Assembly (NCBI GenBank): GCA_001938485.1
Contig: MQRK01245821.1
Span: 1 to 64,000, forward strand
Reading direction: 5' to 3'
DNA length: 64,000 nt
Origin: Girardia tigrina
Lineage: Eukaryota
Shown here: positions 24,968 through 39,228 of the stretch, one piece after another
How the letters are laid out: every line of letters starts with the position of its first letter
Numbering within the stretch: position 1 is the stretch's first letter
Notes under the pieces: model-generated
Seen by the model: only the letters and a program-made list of their open reading frames with translations
Databases searched by the model: none
What the model was told of the DNA's origin: nothing
Position numbers and translations under genes: made by a program

Positions 24968-27900
24968 TAATTTAAAATTAAAAAATCTAATTTGAATTAT
25001 TAATTATTGTCAGATTTGAATCCCGAACAAAGATTTCATTGTTCGGGATAGTAATCACAAAAATGAATCATTAAGATCTGATTTATTATTATTATTAACG
25101 AAAGCCTAGTATGTGTTATTGATTTAGGCCGATAAGTGATTGAAATGGCTCTCTCTGATTGGTTAACCAATCAGGGCGAGGGGTTAGAGAAATTTCAGAT
25201 TTTAAAAATAACTTTCTTTGATATTTTTTGTTTTCTGATCATTGCTGAAATTTTGTTACTATAATCGACAGCTTTATGAATTTTGATACCGAGAAGGAAT
25301 TGGTTTCTGCTTGCTTGATTATTTGTTATTTTGATCGACATCTTTGATATTTGAAACGATGAGAGTTTTGCAGACATTGTTATTTTTAACGAATAAGAAT
25401 TTTAATCGAATGATGGGTTTTACTGTGTTTTTCTTTTGATTGGCAAATTTATAATTAAAAGAAAAATTTTTTTTACTAACTGAATTTTGACTTGAAACGA
25501 TTTAAAATCGTAATTAACAAATTTAGAAAATATTGTAGATACTTTGTCTTATCACTTTTTAGTTCTTTTTGATTCAATGTATGCGATAAAAGGACGATTA
25601 GTCTGAATAATAAAAATTGGCCTTGCACAAAACGTCCGAGCATTTATTCCATTACTGGGACTCTGTTACCGCCGTCTGGTCTTTGGGATAACCTATAGAT
25701 TGGATAGAATACAAAGTTTTATAGCACAAAACGAATAGTTTTTGTTTAAACTGAGTTTAGAAAAAATTGAATTTCGGTCAAACTAATGCTTTACTGATGA
25801 TGTTTTTCCTTATATTTCGAAAGTAGTGATTACTTTGTGACACTATCCTACATACATCAAAAATTTGGTCTCAAAAGTTTAAGAGATTTTCAAATTTATA
25901 AGGTTTTAACTAAATTCTAAATTTCTGTAAAGGAAATTTATTTTAAATAAACATATCAACAAACAAAATTTAAAACTTTAAAACACAAAGATATGTCAAG
26001 CCATAATTGCTTATAATATATTCAAAGATTATGATTGCTAGATGCTATGTGTTTCCAGTATGTAATTAAACCTCTGTACAACGACAAATAAATGTTGGGT
26101 TCTGTTTAAACTCTAAGTAGGCTGTTTAAAGTAATCTTTGCGTGAAATATACCAAGCAATAAAAGCAAAGCAACAGACTGAAACATTTGAATAGAATCTT
26201 TATTAATAATTAATTAAAAAAGGTACTACAATTGAGTCTTTAAAAATTTACTTATATGAATATAAGACTCAGGCCGTCTTTTAACATGTTAACTGTGTTG
26301 CCCTTGGCCACCCAGATACTTTGATATTATTGTTTTAGGCCACCCAGCAGTTTTCGCCTCAAAAACGCCCTCAGAAGAAAGTTATGTTAAGTTCAACTAT
26401 TTGCATCTCCATGTGAACAGTTGATTTATAAGGTATTCTTCACGACGAATAAAATCAAACATTACTATATATTATATTCTAAAGAACATGAAAAATAATA
26501 CAAATAGATATCAAAAAAACGACAATTCATACACGTATAACAAACAACAATTTTATGTGAATCAAAATGTATCATTTTGGTAAGTAAAAATAATTATGAA
26601 AAACAGAATATAATAAGCAAATAAATAAAATTATTTAATAAATAAAATTATTCATGTGGAAAAAATTGTTTTTTTTTTCGGAATTTTCCGATCAGTAGAC
26701 AACGAAGGAAACTGTCGAATACGAGGAGCTCTTTACGGTCTCATTATCCTCATTCTCAAAGGTAGGCCAGACTCAACTGAGCAAAATTATTTTAACTGAT
26801 AAATTAAAAACAATTAAAGAATCTTATCAATTAAAAAAAAACAAAAATCAGCAAATTTTCCTGAGAATAAAGAACTCACATTGAATTTTCCCTAAGCTAA
26901 AAGGCCGTACTTACGGATAAATTATGCGCAAAATCGGCCGACTCAGCCCAATTAATCACGATTGGGATTATTCATCCAACAAACTTTTTCGTGTAAAATG
27001 AGTTGAAATAACGTTATTATTTCCATTTTATTTTTTTTTAATAATTTTTCTCGAAATAATAATGAATTTGTGAGATTTTGATTAATATCATTAGACGAAA
27101 TCGTTCCTGCCTAATTTTAGTAATTTGAATTTTTTTACCTTTTAATCTTAATTATATTCTTTATAATTTATAATTTATTTCTTTTTGAAAATTCACAATA
27201 AAATATTTCAGACTTCATTAACGTTTTCTGTTGTCATTTTTCGTTTTGGGTCGGTAATAAAAAGACGTCTGGATACAAAAAAAAATAAGAAACAAAAAAG
27301 AATTTGAGTAAAAATAACTAAATAAATTCTTTTTTGACTAATCAATGCATTTCGAATTCAATTAATGTCAGAAAAATATAATAAAATCATATTAATTAAA
27401 ATTAATTTTTACAAAAAATCAGTAAATAAATTGACTTGTATAATATATATATATATATTTCAGGCGAAAAATTATTCAAAATAAAATTGTTACAAAATTA
27501 TTAAGTTATAAAGTTTTATTATATTTGGAATGAGTTTTATATTGCTTTATATTGTATAAAATCTTCCTTGCAATTTGATTGCCTATCAAAAATAATATAT
27601 GTTCGACATTTTAATAAGGCAATATAAATTCTACTTTATGGTTTGCCAGCTCTAAATTTTCATTAATTATTTGTAGATATTCTCGAAATCTCAAGAGACA
27701 AAATCACTATCTTAATCTCAAAGCAAAACTATTACTGACTTATTTTTTAGATTGGGAAGCTACAAATTATTTATCTAATTTCATGTTGGCCGTAAAATAA
27801 TACTTTATATTTCAGAGAAAAAGGAATCAGTGGAACAAGTATCCAATCCAGAAATTATATATATATANNNNNNNNNNNNNNNNNNNNNNNNNNNNNNNNN

Positions 27901-28127
27901 NNNNNNNNNNNNNNNNNNNNNNNNNNNNNNNNNNNNNNNNNNNNNNNNNNNNNNNNNNNNNNNNNNNNNNNNNNNNNNNNNNNNNNNNNNNNNNNNNNNN
28001 NNNNNNNNNNNNNNNNNNNNNNNNNNNNNNNNNNNNNNNNNNNNNNNNNNNNNNNNNNNNNNNNNNNNNNNNNNNNNNNNNNNNNNNNNNNNNNNNNNNN
28101 NNNNNNNNNNNNNNNNNNNNNNNNNNN

Positions 28128-28158
<31 letters not shown>

Positions 28159-28263
28159 TATATATATAGTTATATATTACTATATATCATGCGTCTCAAA
28201 AACATGCTTTTTTTTCTTTTTTTTAAGAAAAAAGAAAAGTATTTTAATAATATTTAAAAATAT

Positions 28264-28503
28264 TTAAAAAACTTTAATATGATTAGATGAATCATCTTGT
28301 ACGTTTAAGCATGGTTTATGATGCTTTATTAACAAAGTTTCGGCAATAATACTTTCATAATTTGTGTCAAAATTATTTAAAATCACTTTAAAATCTTTAT
28401 TGTAATCCATAAGATTACCTTTACATCTTTTAATATGGCTCAATATCGAACTATTTCTACTCGATTGAGTATGTTCAGCAATTCTAGTGCGGAGATGACG
28501 ACT
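28264..28503 (-). pseudogene. Penelope-type GIY-YIG endonuclease, C-terminal half
   Basis: Open minus-strand frame SRHLRTRIAEHTQSSRNSSILSHIKRC...FKVIL...AETLLIKHHKPCLNVQ...*. Not in the ORF track because it has no start codon. Confidence 0.85.
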
Positions 28504-28560
28504 TATCTCTCCAACGTTTGATGTAATAGTTTTTCAACTATATAAATAGTAATTAATCAC

Positions 28561-28618
28561 TTTATTTCATTGTACTGAAGATGCCGAAATGGTGAAACGT
28601 GTATGTATTGGGAATAAA
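28561..28618 (+). ncRNA. Second Penelope-associated minimal hammerhead ribozyme
   Basis: CTGAAGA (28575-28581), stem II GCC-gaaat-GGT, GAAAC-gt-GTA, imperfect stem I tttatttc/ggaataaa; TATA-like ctatataaatag just upstream. Confidence 0.7.
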
Positions 28619-28678
28619 TTTAATATTAAAAAATGACCTTTCTTTTCATTATATATATACAGAGAGAGATAGAGAGAA

Positions 28679-29956
28679 TAGTGTGTATAAATGACCCATC
28701 TGAGTTTTTGTTATATTTTAAATAAAAAGCTCTTTTTATTATTTATAAAATTTGTGGAAAAAAAGTTAAAGAATATTGAGAATGCTTTCAATCCCAGAAA
28801 AACTTTTTTATGTCATTTTATATGAAAACATAAAAAAACCTGGTGTTCATTAATGATTACTCAGTTATTGCCATTTTCATCAAATAGTATATGGTTATTA
28901 TATATTATTCTTTAGCAAATGAGGAATCTGTTTATATCCTAGAAGGTTCTACGATATTCCAGATTTTTTTCAGATTTACAATAAAAAGTAATTAATTAGT
29001 GAACTGAATAACTATCCAGTATAGTAGGCCTAGAATTGCCGGAGTCTATAAAGTTTCCAGTTGTTGTGCTTCAGAGTGAAGGAAACTCAACAAGACACAT
29101 TTCCAAGAGACTGGAAACCAGTCAGTATACAGTTTCCAGAACAATCAGGTTATATAAGAACTCAAACACCTTTATTTTGAAGAAACAATCAGGTCGAACC
29201 AAGACTCTTTCTGATAGAGTTATGAAGTCTCTAATGAGAGATCCTGACCTCTGTGGAGCTCTCAAACATTGCTCGAGACTTTCACCAGGTGAATGTAAGT
29301 CCTTCTACAATTAGAAGAAGATTAAGGAAAGAAGGCTTGAAGTCCCAATCCATCGGTTATAAACGAAGAATCACTGCAGTTCAAAAGAAAAAGAGACTGA
29401 CTTGGGTAAGGCAATACAAGAATTTCTCAGGCGAAAATTGGTTTAAGGTTATCTTCTCCGATGAAGCAAAATCTGATCTATTTTTTTCTCGAGAGAAAAG
29501 AATCAAGATAAAAAGGAGGAGTAATGACCTTTGATGTGTACCAAGAGACTGTAAAATTCCTAACTTCAAAAATGGTCTGCAACTGTTTTTCTGATAATTG
29601 AATTAGAAGAATTGAAAATAATCCAGAATTATCTTAAATGGGATTGCAGAAAAATAATTCTATGTTTTAGAAGGATAATGTTACTTGTCACAATGCCAAA
29701 ATTGTCAAGATGTACATGCAAAGTGATGGAATTCTTGTAATGGAGTAGTCTCCTAATTCTGCAGATCTAATTCCGATCGAAAACTTGTGGTCGATTGTGA
29801 AACTTAGAATTGTTAAGCGGGGTACCTCAAAATAAAGAGCAGCTCACAACGTTTTTCACAGAAGATTGGGAAAAAATTACCAAGACAAAGAATCGTTCTC
29901 TAAACTGATGAAATCAATGCCCGAGAGGATTAATAAACTGTTTAAGATAATGGCGG
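28679..29956 (+). mobile_element. Degenerate Tc1-family DD34E transposon (right end lost in gap)
   Basis: HTH with SGRTK; VSPSTIRRRLRKEGL; WFKVIFSDEAK; DNVTCH...SPNSADLIPIENLW with 34 residues between D and E; many stops and frameshifts. Confidence 0.88.
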
Positions 29957-30021
29957 NNNNNNNNNNNNNNNNNNNNNNNNNNNNNNNNNNNNNNNNNNNN
30001 NNNNNNNNNNNNNNNNNNNNN

Positions 30022-30064
<43 letters not shown>

Positions 30065-30780
30065 CTAAGTGTTTGATCCTGATTGAGGAGGCTGAGACCC
30101 TGGCTTGCCGGGAGTCGAGCTTGGTCATCAAGGCCAAGGGACTCAAGAGGTTCATTCCATTTACAACACAACGATAACGAAAGAGAGAATGTTGGCAATC
30201 GTCAATTCAGAGAGTCTAATGAAATTAATCAAATCAACCGAACTGCCTAAGTGTGTCGAAAATCAACAATATTATTGTTCAGAAAAAGTCTAGCATTAGA
30301 AAAGGAAGAATATTTAAAGAAATTCAGGATAGAATTATGAATTTTCCGTTATTTATTAAGCCCAGAAGATAAAATGTTTCATCCGAAAATTTGTCATATT
30401 CATTTCGTAAAGTAATTCAAAATCCTTAGACCAGGATATCAGAGGCTTTCAAACAGCAAGACTGTGGAATATTTTTTTCAATTATTCCTTAATTATTACC
30501 AGAATTACTCGGAAAATCGCCCTTAGTTTAGAAGATTTCACTTTATGATATTACTGATTGGAAAAATAAACATTACAGTAAAATAAATATTTTTTTACTT
30601 ATTTTTAAATTGATTAAATAAATGTTTTTGTTAGATTAAAGTATTAGATAAAATTATTAACGAAATAATTATTCTGTTCTATTTATGGCTGGAAACCATT
30701 ATGTCACCATGTCTTACATCAGAATACTCTAATATGATTGGACGAATCCCTTTGATCTTTTAAACAAGGTTTATGATACA

Positions 30781-30847
30781 TAATTAACAGTACTTCAGTA
30801 ATTATCTTTCCTTTTTGAAAGGATAATTACTGAAGTACTGTTAATTA
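30781..30847. repeat. Hairpin with a 26-bp perfect stem
   Basis: taattaacagtacttcagtaattatc ... gataattactgaagtactgttaatta. Confidence 0.9.
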
Positions 30848-33800
30848 AGTTTCAAAAATAATTAAAGTATAATTTTCAAAATAAAATCTTAAAATTATTT
30901 AAAATGAAAATTTGTTCAAATTATGAAATCTTGGCCAAAAATTATCCCAAAGACAATTCAAATTGTGATGAAAATAAATATATGAAAACCCATATTTGTG
31001 TTCTTAAAAATATTAAAATATCTAAAAATTTATTTTGTCATCACGAAATCATTAAATTAGTAGTAAAAAATTAGTAATTAATTTAGTAGTATTGTTAGGA
31101 AGAATATTAGTATTATTAAATTATTATTCAAAATTATAATCATTCAAATAAATATTAATTTATATAAAATTAATTAAATGTGGTTCCAATTATTTCATCA
31201 TTAATTCTCGCATGTTTTATGTATTTGTTTTAATTATTAAATATATTTTTGGGAAACGAAGTTATGTGTAATTCTTATTAAAAACTAACAAGTATGAAAT
31301 GGAAATTTTTGTTTGGAATATTATTCGAAAACGATTTATTCTTAAGACATCAATTTATTGTGAATTCAACCGAAGAAAGTTTTCTTGAGAGTTCACTTAG
31401 AGACAATTTGAACGGGGATAATAATAAACATTTTGAACAACATCTATTTTAGGACTAATTAATCACTACAAATAATTGATTTCAAAATTATTATTATATA
31501 TTATTATTAATAAATACAAATACAGACTAGGAATTATTTATGAATCATAAATTTATTTTATTTATATTTCTATATGTCGACTGTTTCTTTTCCTCTTCTC
31601 CACAAAACCCAAGCCAATCTTTTAATGGACGAAATCAATCGTTGATTTTTCAGTAATTATTTCCGCTAAAACCTGTGTTAAAGAATGTTCAAATGAAACT
31701 AATAAGAGCACATCTTTTTGAACAAATATTCATTCTTTATTTTTTTTTGCTTCACGGGTGACATCTCACACGATACTTTCAACGATATTTATTATTTATA
31801 TTTTGGTGTTTTAATCGTGTCGATAAATGAGATTCGATAATGAGCCATAAAGAATACAAAAAGAGCTGTGAGAGGAAATTAATAGTAATAAGATAGGATT
31901 GAATTAATTATCACAAATTTTTTTTCAGATCTTTCCACAAATTAATGAGGCAAAAATCAATAATTTATGATAGCAAAAGTAATTATTGAAAAAAAACAAA
32001 ATATTTATTATAATAAAAAATATATAATTTTGGAAATGTTTTTTTACTTAAATTTTTATATTTTTTTCGAAACAAAGATGTAGACTAAAATGAATAAATC
32101 TAAACAAATATATAAAAATTTTATAAACTTTATTTAGCTTTTATTATTTTAAACAAAAAAAATTAATATATTATTTTTCAGTAAAAATAACTCTGAAAAA
32201 ATATTAAATTGAAGTGAGACTCCTCCGGGAGATGAAGAAGAGGGATGTCACTTTTTATATATTTTGAATAATGTTGAAAAACAAAAAAAATAGGTAAAAA
32301 TATTTTGTTAAATTTTTTATTATGAAATATTTTTTACAAAAAAATGACACTTTTTTCTCGATAAATTTTTTTTTATAATTTTTCTATATTTTTCAAGTAA
32401 ATTAGACACATATTTTTTTAATTTATTAAAAAATAAAAAATTAAAATGTAAATTATGTAAAATAAATCGAATTGATTGGGTTCAGATTTGGTCCCATAAA
32501 TTTGACCTTGAATGAATATTTAAACAAATTTCCTCAAAAATCATAATTTGAATGAGAAATTGCAGTTTTTTTTGCAATTTTGACTTGTTTTAAATCGTTA
32601 TTGATAATATTAATTCTAAAAAGAATACTAAAAATAAATTACAAGAATTAAAAATATATACAGAATAATTACAGGGTGCGGTAGCTATTTGTGAACATAA
32701 TCCTTACAAAATCCATTATTTGCTGTGGTTCTGAATTCAACTTCGTAAGTTTTTTACCACTTACTATATAAAAGATGCTGCGGGTATATCCAGAGTTTCA
32801 TTCGGTAAAGACAGCTCGATGATATCTAATGTATATAAAGTTAGCTGACTGATATAATGTAATTATACATTCTGTCTACTCACCCTAATACAATAATGAA
32901 AGTTTTGTAATAATTATTTTAATTAATAAAACTCTGAACAGAAAGATGTAAAAATATGACTTCAATTCAAAAAACAAGAGTATATTGCGCATTGAGAATA
33001 TAATCAAAATATATTACTTTTTTTGTTCCAACCAAAGTATCAAAACAAATAGTTCACTTGATTCTTGCTTGAGAGACTAAGGCTAATGGTGCTAATGGAT
33101 CTAATTGATGGCATAAATGTTTTCTATCACCGTTATAAAGACTTTTTTCAGATATTATCTGTTAAGAATTGATTCGACGGAGATTACACTGATAAAGAAT
33201 TATCGTTGGAATATTAGTTGATTGAAGTGTACCTTTCGTGAAAATTCTAATGATACACCCGTTCTCATTTCCTTATGTAGCGGAGGCATTTAGATAAATA
33301 CCTATATAAAATGAATTATAAAAATTAATGAATATATAATGTAAAAATAAACAAACCAATAAGAATGGATGTCGTGTGCATTTGCTTAGATTCTAAATNN
33401 NNNNNNNNNNNNNNNNNNNNNNNNNNNNNNNNNNNNNNNNNNNNNNNNNNNNNNNNNNNNNNNNNNNNNNNNNNNNNNNNNNNNNNNNNNNNNNNNNNNN
33501 NNNNNNNNNNNNNNNNNNNNNNNTATAAGCATTATAATAGAGTAAAAGGCCTTTAGTTAAAGTTTAAATTTTAAGTAAAATTTATTTTAGATTTTTTCTG
33601 GGATCGACGAAAATGTGCTTATAAATCTTTGGAATTTTTTTAAATCTAAAACACGTGCCAAATCGCTTTCTACCTACATCGACTTACGTTCCATATTTTT
33701 AATATTTATTATATTTATCTATGCTAATAAATCAAAAATGCAAAAAAATACATGAATTCAACACAAAATTTTATTTATTTATATTATACATACATATAGA

Positions 33801-34381
33801 TTTTTATTTAAACACAATTAAGTCAAAAAAAAGAAAAATCTGCAATAAAAAATTCCAAATCCAAAAAAATATTCTTTCCCAAAAGACCACATACCGGAAA
33901 TTGTCATTCCTTGACATCTGTATTTTGTTCGACCTGGGAAATAGATTTTGAAGAAAGTAATAATTTTGAAAAAATTCAATTTCATTTACTTTTCTGTCGT
34001 TCGGAATCGTTGGATATACAACGTCGCTACAGTGTTGCACAATCCGTTCTGCGATCAGGGATCAGTTAAAAAAATCATCCATTTTTATATCCTATGATGC
34101 GTTGCTGATGTCTTATTATGTAAAATTGGTTATAAATAAATCAATAAATATATATATTTATAATTATTGATTTATATTATTATTTATCAGAATTTTTAGT
34201 AAATGCTTATTTTGCATTAATAAATGAGAATTGGTGTAATATAGTATGGTGAAATTGGATATTCACAATAATACAATAATCAAAAAACTTCAAACGCTTA
34301 GTAAGTAATAATAATTTTTAAAGTAATGATTTCTTAATTTAAAATTTAAATTTCAAATATCCCATATTACTATTGGAATTA

Positions 34382-35219
34382 TTAGGTTGTCCAAAAAGTT
34401 CTCGGTCAAGAATGGAAAATATTTTTTATGCAAGAATTTATTTTAAATAAATAACAATTAATCTTCAAAGCACAGTCCATCATTTTCGAATACTTTTTGC
34501 CAACGGTCTGCAAGCTTTTGGAACTGGTCAAAGTACCATTCCGGCTGCTTCGAATTAAAGAACTCTTGATATGCTTGTTTAACTTCATCGAATGCTTTGA
34601 ATCGGCGGCAAGAAGTGATTGTGGTTGACCAAGTAGACCTACTTCACGTCCGACGTCACAATTCGTTTCCAAACGCTGTCATCTCATGAATTCTGTAGCA
34701 GTTGTCGGAAATTTTGACTCTTTGATCGGCCTGTGCTTTGATCAGTTTGTGTGGATCTTGACGCGGTTTCTTGTGCAGAAAGTTGAGCTGCTTCAAATTC
34801 CAGTATGGTTGACTTGCCAACTCCAAGCTTAAATGCCAAATCGTGAGTGCTTGACGAAGGCTTCATGTCCAACTCTTATTGCAAGTCATCTTTATCCAAT
34901 TTTGTTGGTCGTCCAGAACGAGGACTGTCATTCAAGTCAAAGTGGCCTTTATTGAAACGCTTGAACCAATCAATTACTGTACTTTTTCTGACTGCTTGTG
35001 TACATTCAACATTGCGAATTGCCTTGACAACATCTCGTGTTGTCAAGCCTTTCTTCCAATAGTGACGCATCAACACAAGGATTTCAAGCTTTGTAATCTC
35101 GTAGTTCATATAATGCTATAAATAAATCGATATATATCAATATCAAATAAATAATGCCAAAAGAAATTAGAAAAAAATTGAATTTTCATTATTGACCGGG
35201 AACTTTTAGGCCAACCGAA
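34382..35219 (-). mobile_element. Internally deleted mariner (838 bp)
   Basis: TIRs ttaggttgtccaaaaagttctcggtcaa / ttgaccgggaacttttaggccaaccgaa with TA flanks. Transposase N-terminus (WFKRFNKGHFDLNDSPRSGRP) from 35109 to RIVTSD; catalytic core deleted. Confidence 0.9.
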
Positions 35220-37150
35220 TAACAATTATAAATAAATAAAAATCATAAATAACACTTAAATTATGAATATAAATAAGAATATATAAATAGAAAATGAATA
35301 TAAATACGGATAAAAAATATATAAAGAATATATAAATAATAAATAAATATACACATAAATTAAATATAAATAAATAATAGTGTCACCCATCCGACTGTAG
35401 CCTTACAAATTTACCACGATAATTCGTCATTTTTTAATTATCACTGGGGTTGTCCAAAATATTATTATTTTCGCTTCCATGATATCAGAATAAAAAAATT
35501 ACAAAAAGATAAATGTTTATTTATTTATAATAGTAAACAAACGATTACTACAATATCCATAACTTATATATCAATAAATATTTTTTAAATTTAAAATTTA
35601 TATTAACTGAATTTCAATTAATTGAAATATCACAAATAAATCTTGTTATAACCGTTCTTAAAGTACACGCGCTGTTAATTAATTTTAATTAAATCAAAAA
35701 AAAAATAAATAAAAAAAATTTAAAATATGCAGTGGAAAAGAAAGTAAAACGTGATAATTATTAATTTTAAAAATATAAAAAATAAAACACAAATATTTAA
35801 TTATAAATTTTTTTATAAATTTAAAAAATATTGAATATTTTGAGAAAAGAAAAAAAACATTAAATAATATTAATAATTAATATTTTCGTAATAGAAAACT
35901 TTTTTTAATTGAAATTGAAGAATCTGTTTAGCTGTTCAAATATACAGATATAATGCTGAAGAATTTTTTCAGTTCAATTAACTTCTTTTTTCGATTTATT
36001 TTTCATTGATTTTTTTGCTGATGAATGATCAAAGATTTGCATAAGATTTTATATAATAATAATAATAATAAATATTCATTAATTATAAAAAGATATAAAG
36101 AACTATTTCAACTAAATATAAACGTTTTATTTCTAAAACAATTTTTATTTTATTTAAGAACTTTTATTAATAATTTTTTTAATATTTGAAAAAAAAGTAA
36201 GGGTAAAAAAAAATTGATAGAAAAAAAATAGTTGATGAAATTCTATTTGGAATCAATTTAAATGTTTTGTTCTGATTTTAAAGAAAAATTTTCATCAACA
36301 GACAACAATTTATCAATATGCACGATTCTGGAATGTATTAAAAATGTATTTAAAATTATTAATGTATTTAAAATCAGTGAGAGTAAAAGGTATTTTAAAA
36401 AAATAAAATTAACTAAGAAATAAAATTATTTTTCAGTCACAAAGTTGATCCTAAACAATAAAACTTATAAACGACATCCGATAATTATTTACAACTGTAA
36501 AAATGTATTAATTTAATCATTTATAATTTTCCAAAATTGTCTTCCTTGGTGCAAGGTTGATAAATTGTAAACGTAAAACACATTTAGGTCTTCAAAGTAT
36601 GAAATTTGTAGAGCTAAAGTCAAAGTTTAATGATAATTCACCAATACAAATAATTTTGTAATTCATCAAAGTATGCGCCCATATAATGGACACTTTTTTA
36701 CCATTAGTGCGATAGCTTGTTTTCTGTGATCAAATTGATCTATTGTTTTTTTCTATGTCCGTTATTTTTTTCGTAACAATATATTTATTATATAATTCTT
36801 GATAAATTTCCTAGTTATGGATGTTTCTTTTTTTGACTAAAATTTTATGAAAATCAAAAGTTTTCTAGAACTAGTTTTAGTGCATTCAGGCATGTCTGAT
36901 TTGGGAAATTAAAAATGGAGCACTGGGTTGTTAGGTTGCAAGCCAGTCCATAGGGACCATTATTGTGAATGTTCATCCTTCTCATCCTTCACTGATCAAG
37001 TGTTACAGCAATTATCAAGCCGAAAGTAGTTTAGTTATGACATCAGAGATTCAACATACATAAAAAGGTACCTACCTCCGCAATACATAACGGTACCAGA
37101 TCAATGAACACACTAGAATCTGGTCATTGATTCTCAGTTAAGTGCTATTA

Positions 37151-38360
37151 TTAGGTGTACAAGTATGAAATGCGGATTAAATTTTGAAAAGAAATACGTT
37201 AAAAACAAAAGAACGATAAAAAAAGCTTTATTCAAAATATGCTCCATTACTAATGATACATTNNNNNNNNNNNNNNNNNNNNNNNNNNNNNNNNNNNNNN
37301 NNNNNNNNNNNNNNNNNNNNNNNNNNNNNNNNNNNNNNNNNNNNNNNNNNNNNNNNNNNNNNNNNNNNNNNNNNNNNNNNNNNNNNNNNNNNNNNNNNNN
37401 NNNNNNNNNNNNNNNNNNNNNNNNNNNNNNNNNNNNNNNNNNNNNNNNNNNNNNNNNNNNNNNNNNNNNNNNNNNNNNNNNNNNNNNNNNNNNNNNNNNN
37501 NNNNNNNNNNNNNNNNNNNNNNNNNNNNNNNNNNNNNNNNNNNNNNNNNNNNNNNNNNNNNNNNNNNNNNNNNNNNNNNNNNNNNNNNNNNNNNNNNNNN
37601 NNNNNNNNNNNNNNNNNNNNNNNNNNNNNNNNNNNNNNNNNNNNNNNNNNNNNNNNNNNNNNNNNNNNNNNNNNNNNNNNNNNNNNNNNNNNNNNNNNNN
37701 NNNNNNNNNNNNNNNNNNNNNNNNNNNNNNNNNNNNNNNNNNNNNNNNNNNNNNNNNNNNNNNNNNNNNNNNNNNNNNNNNNNNNNNNNNNNNNNNNNNN
37801 NNNNNNNNNNNNNNNNNNNNNNNNNNNNNNNNNNNNNNNNNNNNNNNNNNNNNNNNNNNNNNNNNNNNNNNNNNNNNNNNNNNNNNNNNNNNNNNNNNNN
37901 NNNNNNNNNNNNNNNNNNNNNNNNNNNNNNNNNNNNNNNNNNNNNNNNNNNNNNNNNNNNNNNNNNNNNNNNNNNNNNNNNNNNNNNNNNNNNNNNNNNN
38001 NNNNNNNNNNNNNNNNNNNNNNNNNNNNNNNNNNNNNNNNNNNNNNNNNNNNNNNNNNNNNNNNNNNNNNNNNNNNNNNNNNNNNNNNNNNNNNNNNNNN
38101 NNNNNNNNNNNNNNNNNNNNNNNNNNNNNNNNNNNNNNNNNNNNNNNNNNNNNNNNNNNNNNNNNNNNNNNNNNNNNNNNNNNNNNNNNNNNNNNNNNNN
38201 NNNNNNNNNNNNNNNNNNNNNNNNNNNNNNNNNNNNNNNNNNNNNNNNNGACACTACATAATTACTCAATATTATGACATCATTGCCTAACCATTGACCT
38301 ACTTTTTGCATTGTGCACAATCCGTTTTCTGAAATCCGCATTTCATACTTGTACACCTAA
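37151..38360 (-). mobile_element. Mariner, mauritiana-like; interior is an N gap
   Basis: Perfect 28-bp TIRs ttaggtgtacaagtatgaaatgcggatt with TA flanks; C-terminal CIISNGAYFE* on the minus strand next to the gap. Confidence 0.9.
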
Positions 38361-39052
38361 TATTAGAAAGGACAGTAATCACCAATGATCACACTGATAT
38401 GGGGTCGCGGAAGCTTATATAACGCAACACACATAAATTAATCTTTCTGTCAACATGGATCATCCACCCTTTCAACAGGACATTACCACAAACCATGATC
38501 AGCCCCAAAGACTGGGTCCCTCTTGTAGAATTTCCAAGACTTCAGTTGGATCGTGGATGGTGTATTCGTAATTGTGGAGGTTTTGCCTCTCCGTGGGTCC
38601 TCAAAGGCTTCCCATTGCCGCATGGACCGTCTGATATTTCATGCGACGCTGGCATTGGCTATTGATTTGATTCCATGACCTAAGTGTAAACCATTAAGGA
38701 TATTTTTATTGTTGAGCATCCATGTACCCAATGCACTAAAAATGAAAGTATCTAAAATAACAATAAACCCGCAATTCTCTGTAATACATTCTCATAGATG
38801 GAAATACTTATTAACATTTTTGATGTCAACATATTCAAGATTATGCGTGGTGTCATGTAGGCACTTGAAATCAACAAGAAACAAAGTATTTGAGTCTTCA
38901 AAATTATTTCATACATTAATTTAATCATTACGTTTTCCATTAATTTGTATTTTACAAAACGTTTTATTATTAACAAATAATTATATTTTAGTATTTTTTT
39001 CAAAATATTTATTACATTTATATTTAAGAAAAAAATTAACCTATTTTTAATA

Positions 39053-39228
39053 CAGTTGAACCTGTCTAATCCGCTCCTCTCTATTCTGGCAACCTGTCTA
39101 ATCCGGCAGCTCCGAAAATCCCCATTTTCCAATCACGGTATTTGTTCTGACTCTCTTTATTCAGGTAAACTGTATATTCCGGCATATTTTGAAATCCCTT
39201 GCCATGCCGGAATAGCCAGGTTCTGCTG
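39053..39228. mobile_element. pogo/Tigger-like MITE (176 bp)
   Basis: TA|cagttgaacctgtctaatccg ... cggaatagccaggttctgctg|TA, with internal repeats of the TIR core. Confidence 0.75.

Noticed and set aside
25790-25830. Possible hammerhead (ctgatga...cgaaa)
   Set aside because: No credible stem II or stem III / cleavage triplet.
26695-26765. Putative small host exon (cag...AAG|gtagg); similar candidates at 27815 and 54190-54330
   Set aside because: Splice-like signals are common by chance, and there is no recognisable peptide or coherent multi-exon model.
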